DNA of 64,000 nucleotides from an uncultured candidatus Porisulfidus sp. (GCA_965116525.1 OZ220694.1:48770-112769), one strand, 5' to 3'; numbered from the stretch's first letter, positions 49,619-60,314 are shown. Numbers and translations are program-made. The notes: generated by a model not told the origin, from the letters alone.

Positions 49619-50388
49619 GGCAGATACTTCAGCGGGTCGACTGCTTTGCCCTTGTAACGAATCTCGAAGTGAAGCCGCGGCGACTTCGCCGCCGTCTTTC
49701 CCATGTGGGCAATGGTCTGTCCTTTCTTGACCGATTGCCCTTCCTTGACCAACAGGCGGTCATTGTGCGCGTAGGCCGTCAGGAATTCCTTCTTATGTTG
49801 CACGATGATCAGCCTCCCGTAACCGACCAGGCCCTCCCCACTGTAGACCACCTTGCCCGAAGCCGCGGACTTGATTCCTTGCCCCATCTTCCCAGCGATC
49901 GAAATTCCCTGTTTTCCTGATCCTTTGGGAGAGAACTTCCGGATAATCTTGCCCTCGACCGGCCAGACCCAGGCAATGCCGCTTTTTGCTCGGGCTGGTG
50001 CGCGCACAGGCTTGGACGCACTTTTTTTGGCCGTCTTGCTGCCGGCCCCGGTTGCGACCTTGCCCGAACGCGCCGGGATGATGAGTTTCTGCCCGGGTTT
50101 GATGACATTCGGATTCCTGAGCTTGTTTCGGCTGGAGATGTAGTACCAGCGCGTTTTGAAGCATTCCGCGATTTCGCCCAGCGTGTCGCCTTTGCGCACA
50201 ATGTAGACGACGTCTTTGTCTCTAACCGGGTAACAGGATTTTGCCTGCTTCTTCTTGAGCAGCTGCTTCTTCTGGGTCGTAGGTGCCGTCTCGAAAGGTT
50301 TGACCAGTATGTCCGGAAGAACTGAGCAGGAGACCGTCCCCGCGCATAACACTCCAAGAACGAGGGCATGCCAGGCGCCTTTTTTCAT
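49615..50388 (-). CDS. nlpD: LysM/M23 lipoprotein (NlpD-like)
   Basis: Lipobox-like TVSC, LysM (YIVRKGDTL), degenerate M23 (TAYAHN, LHFEIR); in the surE-pcm-yqaA operon. Confidence 0.85.
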   Translation of the reverse strand: MKKGAWHALVLGVLCAGTVSCSVLPDILVKPFETAPTTQKKQLLKKKQAKSCYPVRDKDVVYIVRKGDTLGEIAECFKTRWYYISSRNKLRNPNVIKPGQKLIIPARSGKVATGAGSKTAKKSASKPVRAPARAKSGIAWVWPVEGKIIRKFSPKGSGKQGISIAGKMGQGIKSAASGKVVYSGEGLVGYGRLIIVQHKKEFLTAYAHNDRLLVKEGQSVKKGQTIAHMGKTAAKSPRLHFEIRYKGKAVDPLKYLP

Positions 50389-50966
50389 AGCCATTCGCGG
50401 AACACGAAAATCAAGACCAGAATGGCCACCGCCAGCCAACCCGAAAATTCTATGTGCCGGCGCAGCATCGGCTCATACCGGGCACCCACCCAGCGCACAA
50501 GACCGGCAACGAGGAAGAACCGTGCCGCCCGCCCTGCTGCCGAGGCGATGATGAAAGGCACGAGCGCAAGTGCCATGAAACCGGCGCTGATTGTGAACAC
50601 CTTGTATGGAATGGGGGTGAAGGCCGCCATGAAAACAAACCAAACTCCCCACTCCTGGAATAACTGCTGTGCCTCAGCGAAGGCCGATGCCCCATCGCCG
50701 GTCATAAGCCAGGATGAGGCCCAATCGAATGCCCAGGCTCCCAGCAGATAGCCGAAGATGCCCCCAAGTACCGAAAAGACGGTCGCAAGGGCCGCATAGC
50801 GCAGCCATCTCGACGGTTGCGCTAGCACCATGGGGGCCAGCATGACATCCGTCGGGATAGGGAATATGACGGATTCCACGAAACTCAGTATGCTCAGAGC
50901 CCAGGGCGCCCGCGAGTGCCGGGCCCAACGCAGGGTCTGGTCGTACAGTGGAGCAAACAGGCGCAT
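50385..50966 (-). CDS. yqaA: YqaA / DedA family membrane protein
   Basis: SFVESVIFPIPTD, FTPIPYKVFTI. Confidence 0.85.
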   Translation of the reverse strand: MRLFAPLYDQTLRWARHSRAPWALSILSFVESVIFPIPTDVMLAPMVLAQPSRWLRYAALATVFSVLGGIFGYLLGAWAFDWASSWLMTGDGASAFAEAQQLFQEWGVWFVFMAAFTPIPYKVFTISAGFMALALVPFIIASAAGRAARFFLVAGLVRWVGARYEPMLRRHIEFSGWLAVAILVLIFVFREWL

Positions 50967-50969
50967 GAT

Positions 50970-51656
50970 TTAACTTGCCTGAGACACCAGAGGCACAAAC
51001 AGCACGTCCAGAAGCGCTTCCCGCGTTATGCCTTTCGGGGTCCGGATGTAGCGCACCAGTGTTTGGGTTTCGTGGGGCGAACCTTCCGGAAGTAGCAATC
51101 GCCCTCCTTCGGCCAATTGATCCAAAAGCGCATCAGGCAGGGTCGGGCTAGCCGCAGTCAGCATGATCGCCTCATAGGGCGCGCACTCAGGCCAACCTTG
51201 ACCACCATCCCCCAAACGGGTGGACACATTGTGAATGCCGAGTTCGCGCAGCCGTTGAGTCGACTGCCGGTGTAGCTGGGGAATGCGCTCAATGCTGTAG
51301 ACCCTTCGCACGAGTTTCGCCAGAACCGCGGATTGGTAGCCGGAGCCGGTACCGATTTCAAGCACATCCCGGGGCGGCTCTGGTTCGAGTAAGGCTTGTG
51401 TCATGAAGGCCACGACATAAGGTTGGGAAATGGTCTGGTTATAACCGATAGGCAAGGCATCATCGCGGTAAGCATGACGCGCGACCGCATCGCTGACGAA
51501 ACGATGCCGCGGAGTCTCCAGTATGGCCTGCAACACGGTTTCGTTCTCTATGCCCTTCTCGCGCAGTCGCTCAACCAGGCTTTCCTGGTGCCGCACGGCG
51601 GTCATGCCGGCTCCTCCGCTTTGGGCTGGAATCACAGAGAAATCTTCTGTAGCCAT
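50970..51656 (-). CDS. pcm: Protein-L-isoaspartate O-methyltransferase
   Basis: QTISQPY, LEIGTGSGYQ, FVPL. Confidence 0.95.
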   Translation of the reverse strand: MATEDFSVIPAQSGGAGMTAVRHQESLVERLREKGIENETVLQAILETPRHRFVSDAVARHAYRDDALPIGYNQTISQPYVVAFMTQALLEPEPPRDVLEIGTGSGYQSAVLAKLVRRVYSIERIPQLHRQSTQRLRELGIHNVSTRLGDGGQGWPECAPYEAIMLTAASPTLPDALLDQLAEGGRLLLPEGSPHETQTLVRYIRTPKGITREALLDVLFVPLVSQAS

Positions 51657-52387
51657 TCCGACAAGGTGCTGAAATCGCGATGCCGGGTCAAATCCACTTG
51701 CATTGGCGTGACAGAAACAAAGCCTTCCCGTACTGCGTGGAAATCCGTGCCTTCGCCGCCGTCCTTGTCCGGCCCCGGTGGGCCGACGCGCCAGACGGAA
51801 CGGCCGTTTTCGTTCTCTTGCCGAATCGCAGGTTCCGCGCGATGTCGATGACCGAGTCGCGTCATGCGCAGGCCTCGCAAGTCCTCGAGTGGAAGGTTCG
51901 GGACATTGACGTTGAGAATGATTTCGGGTGGGAGCGCCTGTTCCGACAGGCGGCGGATCAGGGAGCAGGTGATGCGGGCGGCAGCTTCATAATGTTGCGG
52001 GGTACGCGAGTTTATGGACACCGCGATCGCAGGCAATCCCAGCGTTCGCCCTTCCATGGCGGCCGCGACCGTACCGGAATAGAGCACATCATCCCCCAGG
52101 TTGGCCCCGTTGTTGATGCCGGACACCACCATGTCCGGTTCCGGCTCCATCAGCCCGGTGATGCCAAGATGCACACAATCGGTCGGCGTGCCTTCCTCCA
52201 CGTAGTGGAATCCGTTCGGGGCCGTGTGCACATGAAGGTCCTGGTCCAGAGTTAGAGAATTGCTCGCACCGCTGCGGTCGCGGGATGGAGCGATCACGGT
52301 CAACTCAGCCAGTTCGCTTAGATGTTCAGCCAGGCATTCGAGGCCAGGGGCCTGATAGCCGTCGTCGTTGCTCAGCAGTAGGTGCAT
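51632..52387 (-). CDS. surE: 5'/3'-nucleotidase SurE
   Basis: LSNDDG, GTPTDCV, SGIN.GANLG, YSGT. Confidence 0.96.
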   Translation of the reverse strand: MHLLLSNDDGYQAPGLECLAEHLSELAELTVIAPSRDRSGASNSLTLDQDLHVHTAPNGFHYVEEGTPTDCVHLGITGLMEPEPDMVVSGINNGANLGDDVLYSGTVAAAMEGRTLGLPAIAVSINSRTPQHYEAAARITCSLIRRLSEQALPPEIILNVNVPNLPLEDLRGLRMTRLGHRHRAEPAIRQENENGRSVWRVGPPGPDKDGGEGTDFHAVREGFVSVTPMQVDLTRHRDFSTLSEWLQKISL

Positions 52388-52529
52388 GATGGTGCGCGAT
52401 TGCAGGAAAGCTAATACCAACCCAACCGGCACATTTTAAACCTATGCTGCTACCATTGGAGATATCGAGGCGCTCCTGAGAATCGCTTCGGTATACTTGA
52501 GCGGTGAATGAACCCCCTTTACCCGCATC

Positions 52530-53054
52530 ATGGACAAAGCCCGCGACGAGGATTTAAAGGCGCTTGAGCAGGCCATGACGGGAGTTGCGCCGCTTGGCAG
52601 CCGATCCCGGTCTGATCATGCGCCCTTCACGCCCGAATCGCGCCCCGCCTCGCCACACAGAGCTGAACCTGCCCGGACGACCGGGGTGCCAAATGCGCGC
52701 CCCATGGACGGTCGGGAGATCCTGGATTGGCGGCGTCCGGGAGTGCTGGACAAGGATTACCAGAACCTGCGCCGGGGGCGGCTGTCTCCCTCTCCCGAAG
52801 AAATCGACCTGCATGGGCAGGATACACAGGAGGCCTGCGACACCATCGCCGAGGCCATTGCTCACGCGCAACAGGTGAACCGGCGATCCTTGTGCCTGAT
52901 TCACGGCAAGGGGCATCATTCCGAGAGCCGTGGCTCGCGGCTTAAGGGACTGGTTGATGCCGTACTGCGCGAACATTCGGAAGTCCTTGGCTTTCACAGT
53001 GTCCCCGGCAATACCGGGGCGGTCAACATCCTGCTGAGACGGTCGCGCAAATGA
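52530..53054 (+). CDS. Smr/MutS2 domain protein
   Basis: IDLHG, IHGKG, GNTGA. Confidence 0.88.
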   Translation: MDKARDEDLKALEQAMTGVAPLGSRSRSDHAPFTPESRPASPHRAEPARTTGVPNARPMDGREILDWRRPGVLDKDYQNLRRGRLSPSPEEIDLHGQDTQEACDTIAEAIAHAQQVNRRSLCLIHGKGHHSESRGSRLKGLVDAVLREHSEVLGFHSVPGNTGAVNILLRRSRK

Positions 53055-54313
53055 GCCCGGAGACTTCCTTCAGTTGCATGGATGATTTTGATCCGGAATC
53101 GATCACTCCGGATCAGGCTACTGAACACATCCAGTCCGCCATTCGGCCCGTGACCGATACGGAAATGGTGGCCACCATGGAGGCGTTGGACCGCGTTCTG
53201 GCCGTCGAGGCGCACTCGGAGATCGACGTGCCCGGGCACACGAACTCGGCCATGGACGGTTATGCCGTACGTGGGCAGGACTTGGCCTCTGACTCCCCCG
53301 AAACCTTCACCCTCATTGGGACGTCGTTCGCTGGACACCCCTATGACGGATCGGTAGGAGCCGGAGAATGCGTTCGCATCATGACGGGAGGTGTTATGCC
53401 GGATTCTGCGGATACTGTCGTGATTCAGGAGAGGGTTCGCATACTCGGCGACACGGAAATCGAAATCCCGGCTGGCGAGAAGCCCGGACAAAATGTCCGG
53501 GCGGCAGGCGAAGACATTGCCGCAGGAAGCATCATCCTGGAATCTGGCCGCCTGATCGGGCCCGCAGACCTGGGCTTGCTTGCTTCGGTCGGCATTGCCG
53601 ATGTCTCTGTCCTGCGGCGTATCCGGGTGGCTTTTTTCTCCACTGGCGATGAATTGCGAGAGGTCGGCGAGCCTCTGCAGGAAGGTCAGATCTACAACAG
53701 CAATCGCTACACCCTCTCCGCCATGCTCCGCCGCCTTCATGCTGACGCCCTGGACCTGGGCGTGGTCCGCGATGATCGTGTCGCGGTCGCAGAGGCATTT
53801 CGTGAAGCCTCCGAACGGGCAGACATGGTGATTACATCCGGCGGGGTTTCGGTTGGCGAGGCCGATTATGTGAAGGATGTCCTCGGTGAGCTGGGCGATG
53901 TGAATTTCTGGAAAGTGGCGATCAAGCCCGGGCGCCCGCTGGCGTTCGGTCAGATCGGGTCTGCAAAGTTTTTTGGCCTGCCAGGCAATCCGGTCTCGGT
54001 CATGGTCACGTTCTACCAGTTCGTACGGCCAGCCCTACTCCGCATGGCCGGCATGGCCGAGCAACCGCCACTGGCTCTTCAGGTCCCGGTCATCTCGCCG
54101 TTGCGCAAGCGGCCGGGTCGAGTGGAATATCAGCGAGGAATTCTTAGCCAGGCACAGGACGGAAGTTACACGGTCGCCTGTACCGGGGCACAGGGATCCG
54201 GCATCCTTACATCGATGAGCCAGGCAAATTGTTTTATTGTGCTGCCGATGGAACGAGCCCGCGTTCAGGAGGGAGAAACGGTCGAGGTCATTCCGTTCAG
54301 CGGAATCACCTGA
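53051..54313 (+). CDS. moeA: Molybdopterin molybdotransferase
   Basis: SAMDGYA, STGDE, SGGVSVG, KPGRP, GLPGNP. Confidence 0.95.
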   Translation: MSPETSFSCMDDFDPESITPDQATEHIQSAIRPVTDTEMVATMEALDRVLAVEAHSEIDVPGHTNSAMDGYAVRGQDLASDSPETFTLIGTSFAGHPYDGSVGAGECVRIMTGGVMPDSADTVVIQERVRILGDTEIEIPAGEKPGQNVRAAGEDIAAGSIILESGRLIGPADLGLLASVGIADVSVLRRIRVAFFSTGDELREVGEPLQEGQIYNSNRYTLSAMLRRLHADALDLGVVRDDRVAVAEAFREASERADMVITSGGVSVGEADYVKDVLGELGDVNFWKVAIKPGRPLAFGQIGSAKFFGLPGNPVSVMVTFYQFVRPALLRMAGMAEQPPLALQVPVISPLRKRPGRVEYQRGILSQAQDGSYTVACTGAQGSGILTSMSQANCFIVLPMERARVQEGETVEVIPFSGIT

Positions 54314-54320
54314 GTGCCCC

Positions 54321-54761
54321 TCAACCTGGGGTGTTTCCCTCCACCCAGCGCCGCTCCCCTCCTTCAAGGGTTTCCTCCTTCCAGAAAGGCGCGGTAGATT
54401 TCAGATCTTCCATAAGGAATCGGTTGCCCTCATACGCAGCTTTCCGGTGCTCCGCCCAGACTGCGACCAGGACGATTTCCTCGCCCGGCAGGATTTCCCC
54501 GACGCGATGACGTAGAAGAACAGCTGAGAGACTGAATTGGTCCTGCGCCTGACGCGCAATCTTCTCCAGGTGGGCTTGGGTCATGTCCGGATAGTGTTCA
54601 AGCCGCATGGATTGCACGGCATCTCCCTCGTTCTGCGCCCGCATGGTGCCGACGAACACCACCATCGCCCCGCACTGCCCACGCAGTTCCTCATGGGCCG
54701 ACAAGAACTCTTGAATCTCTCTCCAGGGATCGAGAGGCTTTGTGATTACGCGCACATCCAT
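54321..54761 (-). CDS. moaE: Molybdopterin synthase catalytic subunit
   Basis: FVGTMR, LEHYP, HRVG, HRKAA, APFWKEE. Confidence 0.93.
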   Translation of the reverse strand: MDVRVITKPLDPWREIQEFLSAHEELRGQCGAMVVFVGTMRAQNEGDAVQSMRLEHYPDMTQAHLEKIARQAQDQFSLSAVLLRHRVGEILPGEEIVLVAVWAEHRKAAYEGNRFLMEDLKSTAPFWKEETLEGGERRWVEGNTPG

Positions 54762-54817
54762 GGTTTGAACCGAAGACTTTGCAGTGGACTCCCGGACACG
54801 GCATTGTACTTGCCCAT

Positions 54818-54847
54818 AAAAAAAGCGCCGCACAAGTGCGGCGCTTT
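54818..54847 (-). terminator. Intrinsic terminator after fae
   Basis: GCGCCGCA/TGCGGCGC stem followed by T7 on the minus strand. Confidence 0.85.
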
Positions 54848-54865
54848 CTCGGGCATGATGCCTGA

Positions 54866-55390
54866 TTAGAAGCCTTGGAACGGATGGTCGGTGCTGTCCT
54901 TTTGGGAAAGCATGTCGTCCACGGTGGGAACTCCGTTTACGGCGTTGGCGATCGCCTGCTTGGTTGCTTTGTAATTGTTTTCATAGATCGCCGCATCGCT
55001 GTCAGCCTCCCAATGGATGAACACGCCAACACAAACGTACAGGTTGCCGCTTTCTTCCTTCGGGATGACCCCAGCCTCAACTGAATCCGCAACAGCCATG
55101 GCGACAGCCTTCTGGGCGGGTCCGAACATCTGGACGGCCTGTTTGGCGCCCTTGATCGTGACCTTGTTGTACATCATGGTGTCCGGCTTACACTGAAGAT
55201 TCGGTGCCACTACAGCGAGCAGTGTCGTGAATCCATCCTTGTTGTTGACCATACCGTTGCAAAAAGCCGTTTCCACGGCAGAGCCACGCGGGCCAATAAG
55301 AAGATCGATGTGAGCGATTTCAGCCATTGTCCCCGAAGGGTCATTATCATTGACCAAAGCCTCTCCAACGAGAACTTTATCGATTGCCAT
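54866..55390 (-). CDS. fae: Formaldehyde-activating enzyme
   Basis: [34 protein letters not shown]. Confidence 0.95.
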   Translation of the reverse strand: MAIDKVLVGEALVNDNDPSGTMAEIAHIDLLIGPRGSAVETAFCNGMVNNKDGFTTLLAVVAPNLQCKPDTMMYNKVTIKGAKQAVQMFGPAQKAVAMAVADSVEAGVIPKEESGNLYVCVGVFIHWEADSDAAIYENNYKATKQAIANAVNGVPTVDDMLSQKDSTDHPFQGF

Positions 55391-55443
55391 TGTTGATTTA
55401 CTCCAGTTTTTGTTTTTTGTTTGCAAACAACGGATCCGTCAAA

Positions 55444-56379
55444 TCATACAGACGCACCCGGTGGGTTTCGGGAATCATCTCCCTGTGACAAGGACGTCCC
55501 GCCCTTGTCGTCACTCCACCCGTCGAGCCGTGCGGCGAGAACCCCCGCTAGGGTCAGATCCGCCGTGGTTCCCGGGCTGAGACCGGAGCTTTTCAAAAAA
55601 GCATCCAGTTCCAGGAGCCTGGGCCGATAATTTTCCGGGGACTCAGCCCCGCAGAATTCATCGGCTAACTTTTTAATCTTACCACTAACTGACCTTGCTA
55701 CCTCTTCGCCATGCACACGAGCGATGTGAGAATCTGGATAACGACCGAGAAGAGTCAGAAAAACTCCAGCCATCGCCCACCGCTCATCGCCCCAGCGAAG
55801 GCACAGTGCTTCCCACTGTGGGCGGGCTTCATTGAAGATGATGGGAAACCCATCCCGATACTCCGCTGCGACCCGATCCCGCTCAGCGGCCAAGGCCATG
55901 GCCTCACGCAATGCGATCTTCGGGCGATCACGGACATCGGCCTGTGGCACCCGCCCCAGTCCTGCCGGTTTCATCAACTGGATGGCCCGGTATACGTCCC
56001 GCGCGTCGTCGACCGTAGTTTCAGCCAGGACCTCTTCCACTCGCTGATTTAGAACCGGAGGGTTCTCCCGGTAATAGGCGGAAACAAGCGGTGCGGTCAA
56101 GAGCAGGACACCGATATTGGTATTACAGCCCGCCACGCCCCAACTTGCCCGGGCCGCTTCACGCACCCGGCGACCCAAGCTCCAATCCGGATGGGTGATG
56201 AGCTCAGCCGCTGCTTGGGCACTTCGTCGGAAGTCCTGAGTGGTTTTTCCGTGCCCTTCCCCGTGCAGCCCGACATTACCCGGCTTCAAGGCTTGCAGGT
56301 CCAGCAGGCAGGCGTAAAGGAACTGTCGCGAGGCAAAACGCCAGGGAGGATCGTAGTAGGCTCGCAAGTACTTGGCCAT
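55444..56379 (-). CDS. CitG-like protein (Orf7 of the H4MPT/methanofuran cluster)
   Basis: ALKPGNV, NTNIG, DSHIAR, SPGTTADL. Confidence 0.85.
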   Translation of the reverse strand: MAKYLRAYYDPPWRFASRQFLYACLLDLQALKPGNVGLHGEGHGKTTQDFRRSAQAAAELITHPDWSLGRRVREAARASWGVAGCNTNIGVLLLTAPLVSAYYRENPPVLNQRVEEVLAETTVDDARDVYRAIQLMKPAGLGRVPQADVRDRPKIALREAMALAAERDRVAAEYRDGFPIIFNEARPQWEALCLRWGDERWAMAGVFLTLLGRYPDSHIARVHGEEVARSVSGKIKKLADEFCGAESPENYRPRLLELDAFLKSSGLSPGTTADLTLAGVLAARLDGWSDDKGGTSLSQGDDSRNPPGASV

Positions 56380-56391
56380 CGAGATCTCCGT

Positions 56392-57303
56392 TCAGGCAGG
56401 CGAAGCTCCTCCGTGGCAGTGATCCAGAAATCCCCCGATCAGGAGATCCGCGATATTCTCCGAGTGTACCTCCTGTAAGCCTCGCCACGCCGGAATGCTG
56501 TTGACTTCGGTGACCCAAGCGGTCTCCTGCCGATCGCGCATCAGATCCACTCCGGCGTACGGCATCGCGACTGCGGCCACTGCACGCTCCGCCAACTGGG
56601 TCAATTCCGGCTCCAGCGCAGCCGGGTGACCTTGACCGCCATTGGCAATGTTGCTGATCCAACCCTCGCCTTCTCTTCGCATGGCTGCCACCGCCCGGCC
56701 CCCGATAACCAGCACCCGCCAGTCGCAGCTACGGGACGCGACCGGTTCGATATATTCCTGCAGGTAGTAGATTCCACGGGACAGATCGTAGTCGGGGTGA
56801 GGGTCGTCCCGCGATAAGAGTTTTAGTCCTTTGCCCTGAGAACCGAAAATGGGTTTCGCCACGACATGGCGGTGACTCTCGAACCAGTTGCACAGGAACT
56901 CGCGCATCTGTCCAACATCCCGTACTGCAAAAGTCCGAGGGGTTGGAACGCCATGAAGTGCAAACAGAAAACTGGCGCGGACTTTATCGACGCTGCGCTC
57001 GATCGCGCCTGCATCGTTATAGACCATAATGCCCAAAGCTTCCAGGGCGTGCAGGATATCCAGATAGAAGATAACCTCTTCGAGGCTCCCCCCTGGCACC
57101 TCGCGGATAAACACTCCCGATGGCAGTTCGTCCTCAAAACCGGGAATGCCGATTTTTGGCGCGCCGTTTTGCACTTCCAAGCGACATTCCTGCAAACGCA
57201 CGAAGTCGCTTTCCAGGCCCTTGGCTTCCAGAGACCGACGCAGCTGGTGGCCGTGCCAGCCCGGCTGATCGGTCACGATGGCATAACGCCCGTGCGCGAT
57301 CAT
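56392..57303 (-). CDS. RimK-family ATP-grasp glutamate ligase (Orf5)
   Basis: IERSVDK, KPIFGSQGKG, DWRVLV, EVNSIPAW; cluster context. Confidence 0.87.
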   Translation of the reverse strand: MIAHGRYAIVTDQPGWHGHQLRRSLEAKGLESDFVRLQECRLEVQNGAPKIGIPGFEDELPSGVFIREVPGGSLEEVIFYLDILHALEALGIMVYNDAGAIERSVDKVRASFLFALHGVPTPRTFAVRDVGQMREFLCNWFESHRHVVAKPIFGSQGKGLKLLSRDDPHPDYDLSRGIYYLQEYIEPVASRSCDWRVLVIGGRAVAAMRREGEGWISNIANGGQGHPAALEPELTQLAERAVAAVAMPYAGVDLMRDRQETAWVTEVNSIPAWRGLQEVHSENIADLLIGGFLDHCHGGASPA

Positions 57304-58262
57304 TCCTTGAATGACTGCTCTAGTAAGTCGAGATCGATGGCGCCGGCGGAAAAGGAGCGACCCGTCCGGATATTGTTGACCAAAACCCGGGCCGGGCTGA
57401 ACAGCATTGGATCGATCTGGAAGAAGTCGTGGTCATGCTCCTTGAAAACTTCAGCGAAGGGTTTGCCGTAATCTCGGGATGTACTGCTGGGTAGCTCCGT
57501 GGCGAGCCTTTCCGCTTCCTCGTCGCTGGACTGGACGAACAGCTTGATCTGTCCGCCGAACAGGATGGCGTCGTTGGTGCGGCCCATCATCCGCACCATG
57601 TCCGAATTATCCAGCGGCGGAATCGGCGCGCTGCCAATGCCGTCCACCACGCAGTTCAGGTCGAAACCCAATTCATGTGCCTTGTGCAGCCCGACCTCCA
57701 AGACCCGACCGACCACCTGTACCGTTCCGGCGAGGCTTGTGGTGGGGGTCAGAATTAAAGTCAGGTTGTACGGTTCGACTCCACAATCCTGGCAGATTTT
57801 CTCGCGCACCGCGCGTGGTGGCACCTTGTCGACTTCCATCACCAACGTCGTGTAGATATATGAATCCTTGTAGCCGATCTTCTCGAACAAGTCTTCCTTT
57901 TGTGCCATGCTGCGGGCCGGTCCGGAACCCAGCGCATGAAACCCGCTTTCCTTGTCGCTTAGAGACCATCCCGCGTATTGGCTTGCCAGACAGGCCAGGA
58001 CCGGATGCTGGGTGTGGACGTGTATGGTGAGGGGCCACTCTGCCGACCCGCCATAGGTCAGCGTGGCCTGTCCCATCCCGCCCATGCAGATTTCCGCAAT
58101 TTGGCGCCCTGCCTCGATGCCTCCGATCGCATTAATGCCGGCATCCACCACCCAGACCCCTTCTTCCGTAGGGGATTCCACGATGCGCAGGCTCCAGGCC
58201 TGATCGGACAGAGAGCGAACTAGAGGTTCAACCTGGCGGTTGAGGCTAATGGGCAACTTCAT
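57300..58262 (-). CDS. mch: Methenyl-H4MPT cyclohydrolase
   Basis: ACLASQYAGW, GSGPAR, MGRTNDAILFGG, IDPMLFSPA. Confidence 0.95.
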   Translation of the reverse strand: MKLPISLNRQVEPLVRSLSDQAWSLRIVESPTEEGVWVVDAGINAIGGIEAGRQIAEICMGGMGQATLTYGGSAEWPLTIHVHTQHPVLACLASQYAGWSLSDKESGFHALGSGPARSMAQKEDLFEKIGYKDSYIYTTLVMEVDKVPPRAVREKICQDCGVEPYNLTLILTPTTSLAGTVQVVGRVLEVGLHKAHELGFDLNCVVDGIGSAPIPPLDNSDMVRMMGRTNDAILFGGQIKLFVQSSDEEAERLATELPSSTSRDYGKPFAEVFKEHDHDFFQIDPMLFSPARVLVNNIRTGRSFSAGAIDLDLLEQSFKE

Positions 58263-59415
58263 GGGCTAGGCATCCGGAGGAAATCGAGTGGAGGGAATCG
58301 GGGTTTAGGAGTGTCAGAATTTGGTGGCGAAGATCCTGCAGGCCGGCATGAGCCTCGTCTGCATCGTGGTAATGGCCTCGCACGGTACACAAGGGTTGCC
58401 CGGCATCAATACTGGTTTTGGCATTAGGCAGGTCGGCAGTTCCGGCTGGCCACGCCCAATTTTCCGCACCAGCAACCGGGCATGGAGCATAGATGACCTG
58501 CATTCCCCGAACGTTCTGCCCCCGTTCTGAGGCGGGAGCCAAGTGTCCGTTCGGGTTTCCGGTGAGGCAGGTTTCAATGTGTGCGCTCATGTAATCGGAG
58601 ATAAAACAGTCCGCGTAAAGCTCGCAGGTGGCCACCAATCTTGGATTAAGATCCACAACTTGTACTTCTTTCTTGGAATCAACTATGAAATCAATACCGC
58701 AGAGGCCGAGAAGATCAAGATCGCGTGCTAGGATTTGTACCACCCATTGTACTTGCTTGAAAACCTTAGGCAAAACCTTGATCGGGCCGATTGCACCACT
58801 CCAGGCATAGGGCGCGTCTGCCTTTCCGGAAGGCAATAATTCGCTGATTCCGACGACTTGGGCTTTCCTTCCCCCTGCCAAGAACAGTGCAGAATGCGGT
58901 GTGCCGGCACATTGGCGCTGCCAATAGCAGGAACTCGGACTGTCTGGGGTTCGCGAGGCCGGATGCACGTGACATCCTCCCGAGCGCCCTTCTTTCTTGA
59001 CAAGCCAGCCTTTCAGAGAATCCGGCAGCTGGCTTCGGGTTTCCGGGCCGGCTATTCCAAGTTTCGCAAAACGGTCCGACAACCGTACAGGGTCGGCACA
59101 CAGGCGAATGATATCGGGGGCATTGCCCAGAACCTGGGCGGAGGCTTGCAATCGCTCCAGCAGTTCCGGATGGGCTTCGAAGCCGGAACCGTAGGCCAGC
59201 AGATCCCCTGGACGGCTTCTCTTGGAGACGATTTCCAGGATTTCCAAAGGGAACTGGCCGTCTTCCAGAGTTGCTTGAGCAACCTCGTCGGCGTTCAGAT
59301 CCGCATCGAGAAATCCATCGACCGCCACAACCGGGCGCTGACGATGCATGGCCGCTTGCGCATGCGCCCGCGCCGAAGCAGACAGCAGGAATAGCTTCCT
59401 GCTATTCCGCGGCAC
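58246..59415 (-). CDS. ATP-grasp protein (OrfY of the H4MPT cluster)
   Basis: SARAHAQAA, D.F.DAD, GIDF, LNPR; lies between mtd and mch; start uncertain (GTG 59415 or TTG 59433). Confidence 0.78.
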   Translation of the reverse strand: MPRNSRKLFLLSASARAHAQAAMHRQRPVVAVDGFLDADLNADEVAQATLEDGQFPLEILEIVSKRSRPGDLLAYGSGFEAHPELLERLQASAQVLGNAPDIIRLCADPVRLSDRFAKLGIAGPETRSQLPDSLKGWLVKKEGRSGGCHVHPASRTPDSPSSCYWQRQCAGTPHSALFLAGGRKAQVVGISELLPSGKADAPYAWSGAIGPIKVLPKVFKQVQWVVQILARDLDLLGLCGIDFIVDSKKEVQVVDLNPRLVATCELYADCFISDYMSAHIETCLTGNPNGHLAPASERGQNVRGMQVIYAPCPVAGAENWAWPAGTADLPNAKTSIDAGQPLCTVRGHYHDADEAHAGLQDLRHQILTLLNPDSLHSISSGCLAHEVAH

Positions 59416-60301
59416 ACTGACGCGCCACTTCAAAGGCGTGTTCGAAATGGAAATAGACCGGTTCTTCCGTCTCCCGCATCTGTTGGAGCAATCGATGCTG
59501 GGTTTGATATTTCACATTTCCGATGGCAAGCGCCCCAATGCCGACAGCCCCGCTCTGGGAATCCTCGATTGGGCTGGCGTCGTCCATCACCCCGAGGCCG
59601 TGAATGCCGGAAGGTGGGATCGCATTGACATCCGCCGCCACCTTCAGTTTCGGGGCATTCGACATCTGCTCCTTCGACACCAATTGAATCCCGGCAGCGG
59701 CCGATGCGAACACGACATCGGTATCGCCCAGCAACTGGTCGAGCTGGTCGTTGGCTTCTCCGTCAACGGCCGGATCCGCACCGTATTTCTGGTTGCATAA
59801 CTCAGCGGCTTGGTCGCTTTTCTCTTTCTTGCGTCCCAAGATGGTGACGCGGGCCCCCGCATTCGCAGCAATCACCGCTGCTGCCGAACCGACCGGTCCG
59901 GTCCCGCCAAGTGCCAGGACGCGCTGTCCCGAAAGCTCCGTGCCATGTGTATCGCGTAAAGCTTTCTCAACTTTAGCGACCATGGCCGCTGCCGTCGTGA
60001 ATGCCCCGCTGGGATCGGCAAACGCCGAGACCACGAACGGAGGAACCATGGATTTCTGGCAAACTTCCAGCGCTTCCATGGCTTGGTGCATGTCGCGCCC
60101 GCCGATAAACAAGCCGGTGCGCTTGACGCCATTCGGCCCCCGCGAGAAGATCGCGTCCTCCACCAGGCCCTTAACTTCGTCAGTTTCCACCTGGATATAG
60201 GGGATACAGGCATCCCAGCCTGCGTCGTAGGCCATGTTGGCATCAAACGGACTCAGGTTCTTCGCCGAAGTCAGCATATGTAAAAGGTATTTTTTCTCCA
60301 T
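59402..60301 (-). CDS. mtdB: NAD(P)-dependent methylene-H4MPT dehydrogenase
   Basis: SPFDANMAYDAG, DAIFSRGP, DPSGAFTTAAA, GGTGPVG, GALAIGNVKY. Confidence 0.9.
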   Translation of the reverse strand: MEKKYLLHMLTSAKNLSPFDANMAYDAGWDACIPYIQVETDEVKGLVEDAIFSRGPNGVKRTGLFIGGRDMHQAMEALEVCQKSMVPPFVVSAFADPSGAFTTAAAMVAKVEKALRDTHGTELSGQRVLALGGTGPVGSAAAVIAANAGARVTILGRKKEKSDQAAELCNQKYGADPAVDGEANDQLDQLLGDTDVVFASAAAGIQLVSKEQMSNAPKLKVAADVNAIPPSGIHGLGVMDDASPIEDSQSGAVGIGALAIGNVKYQTQHRLLQQMRETEEPVYFHFEHAFEVARQCAAE

Positions 60302-60314
60302 GAAATTTCCTTCA

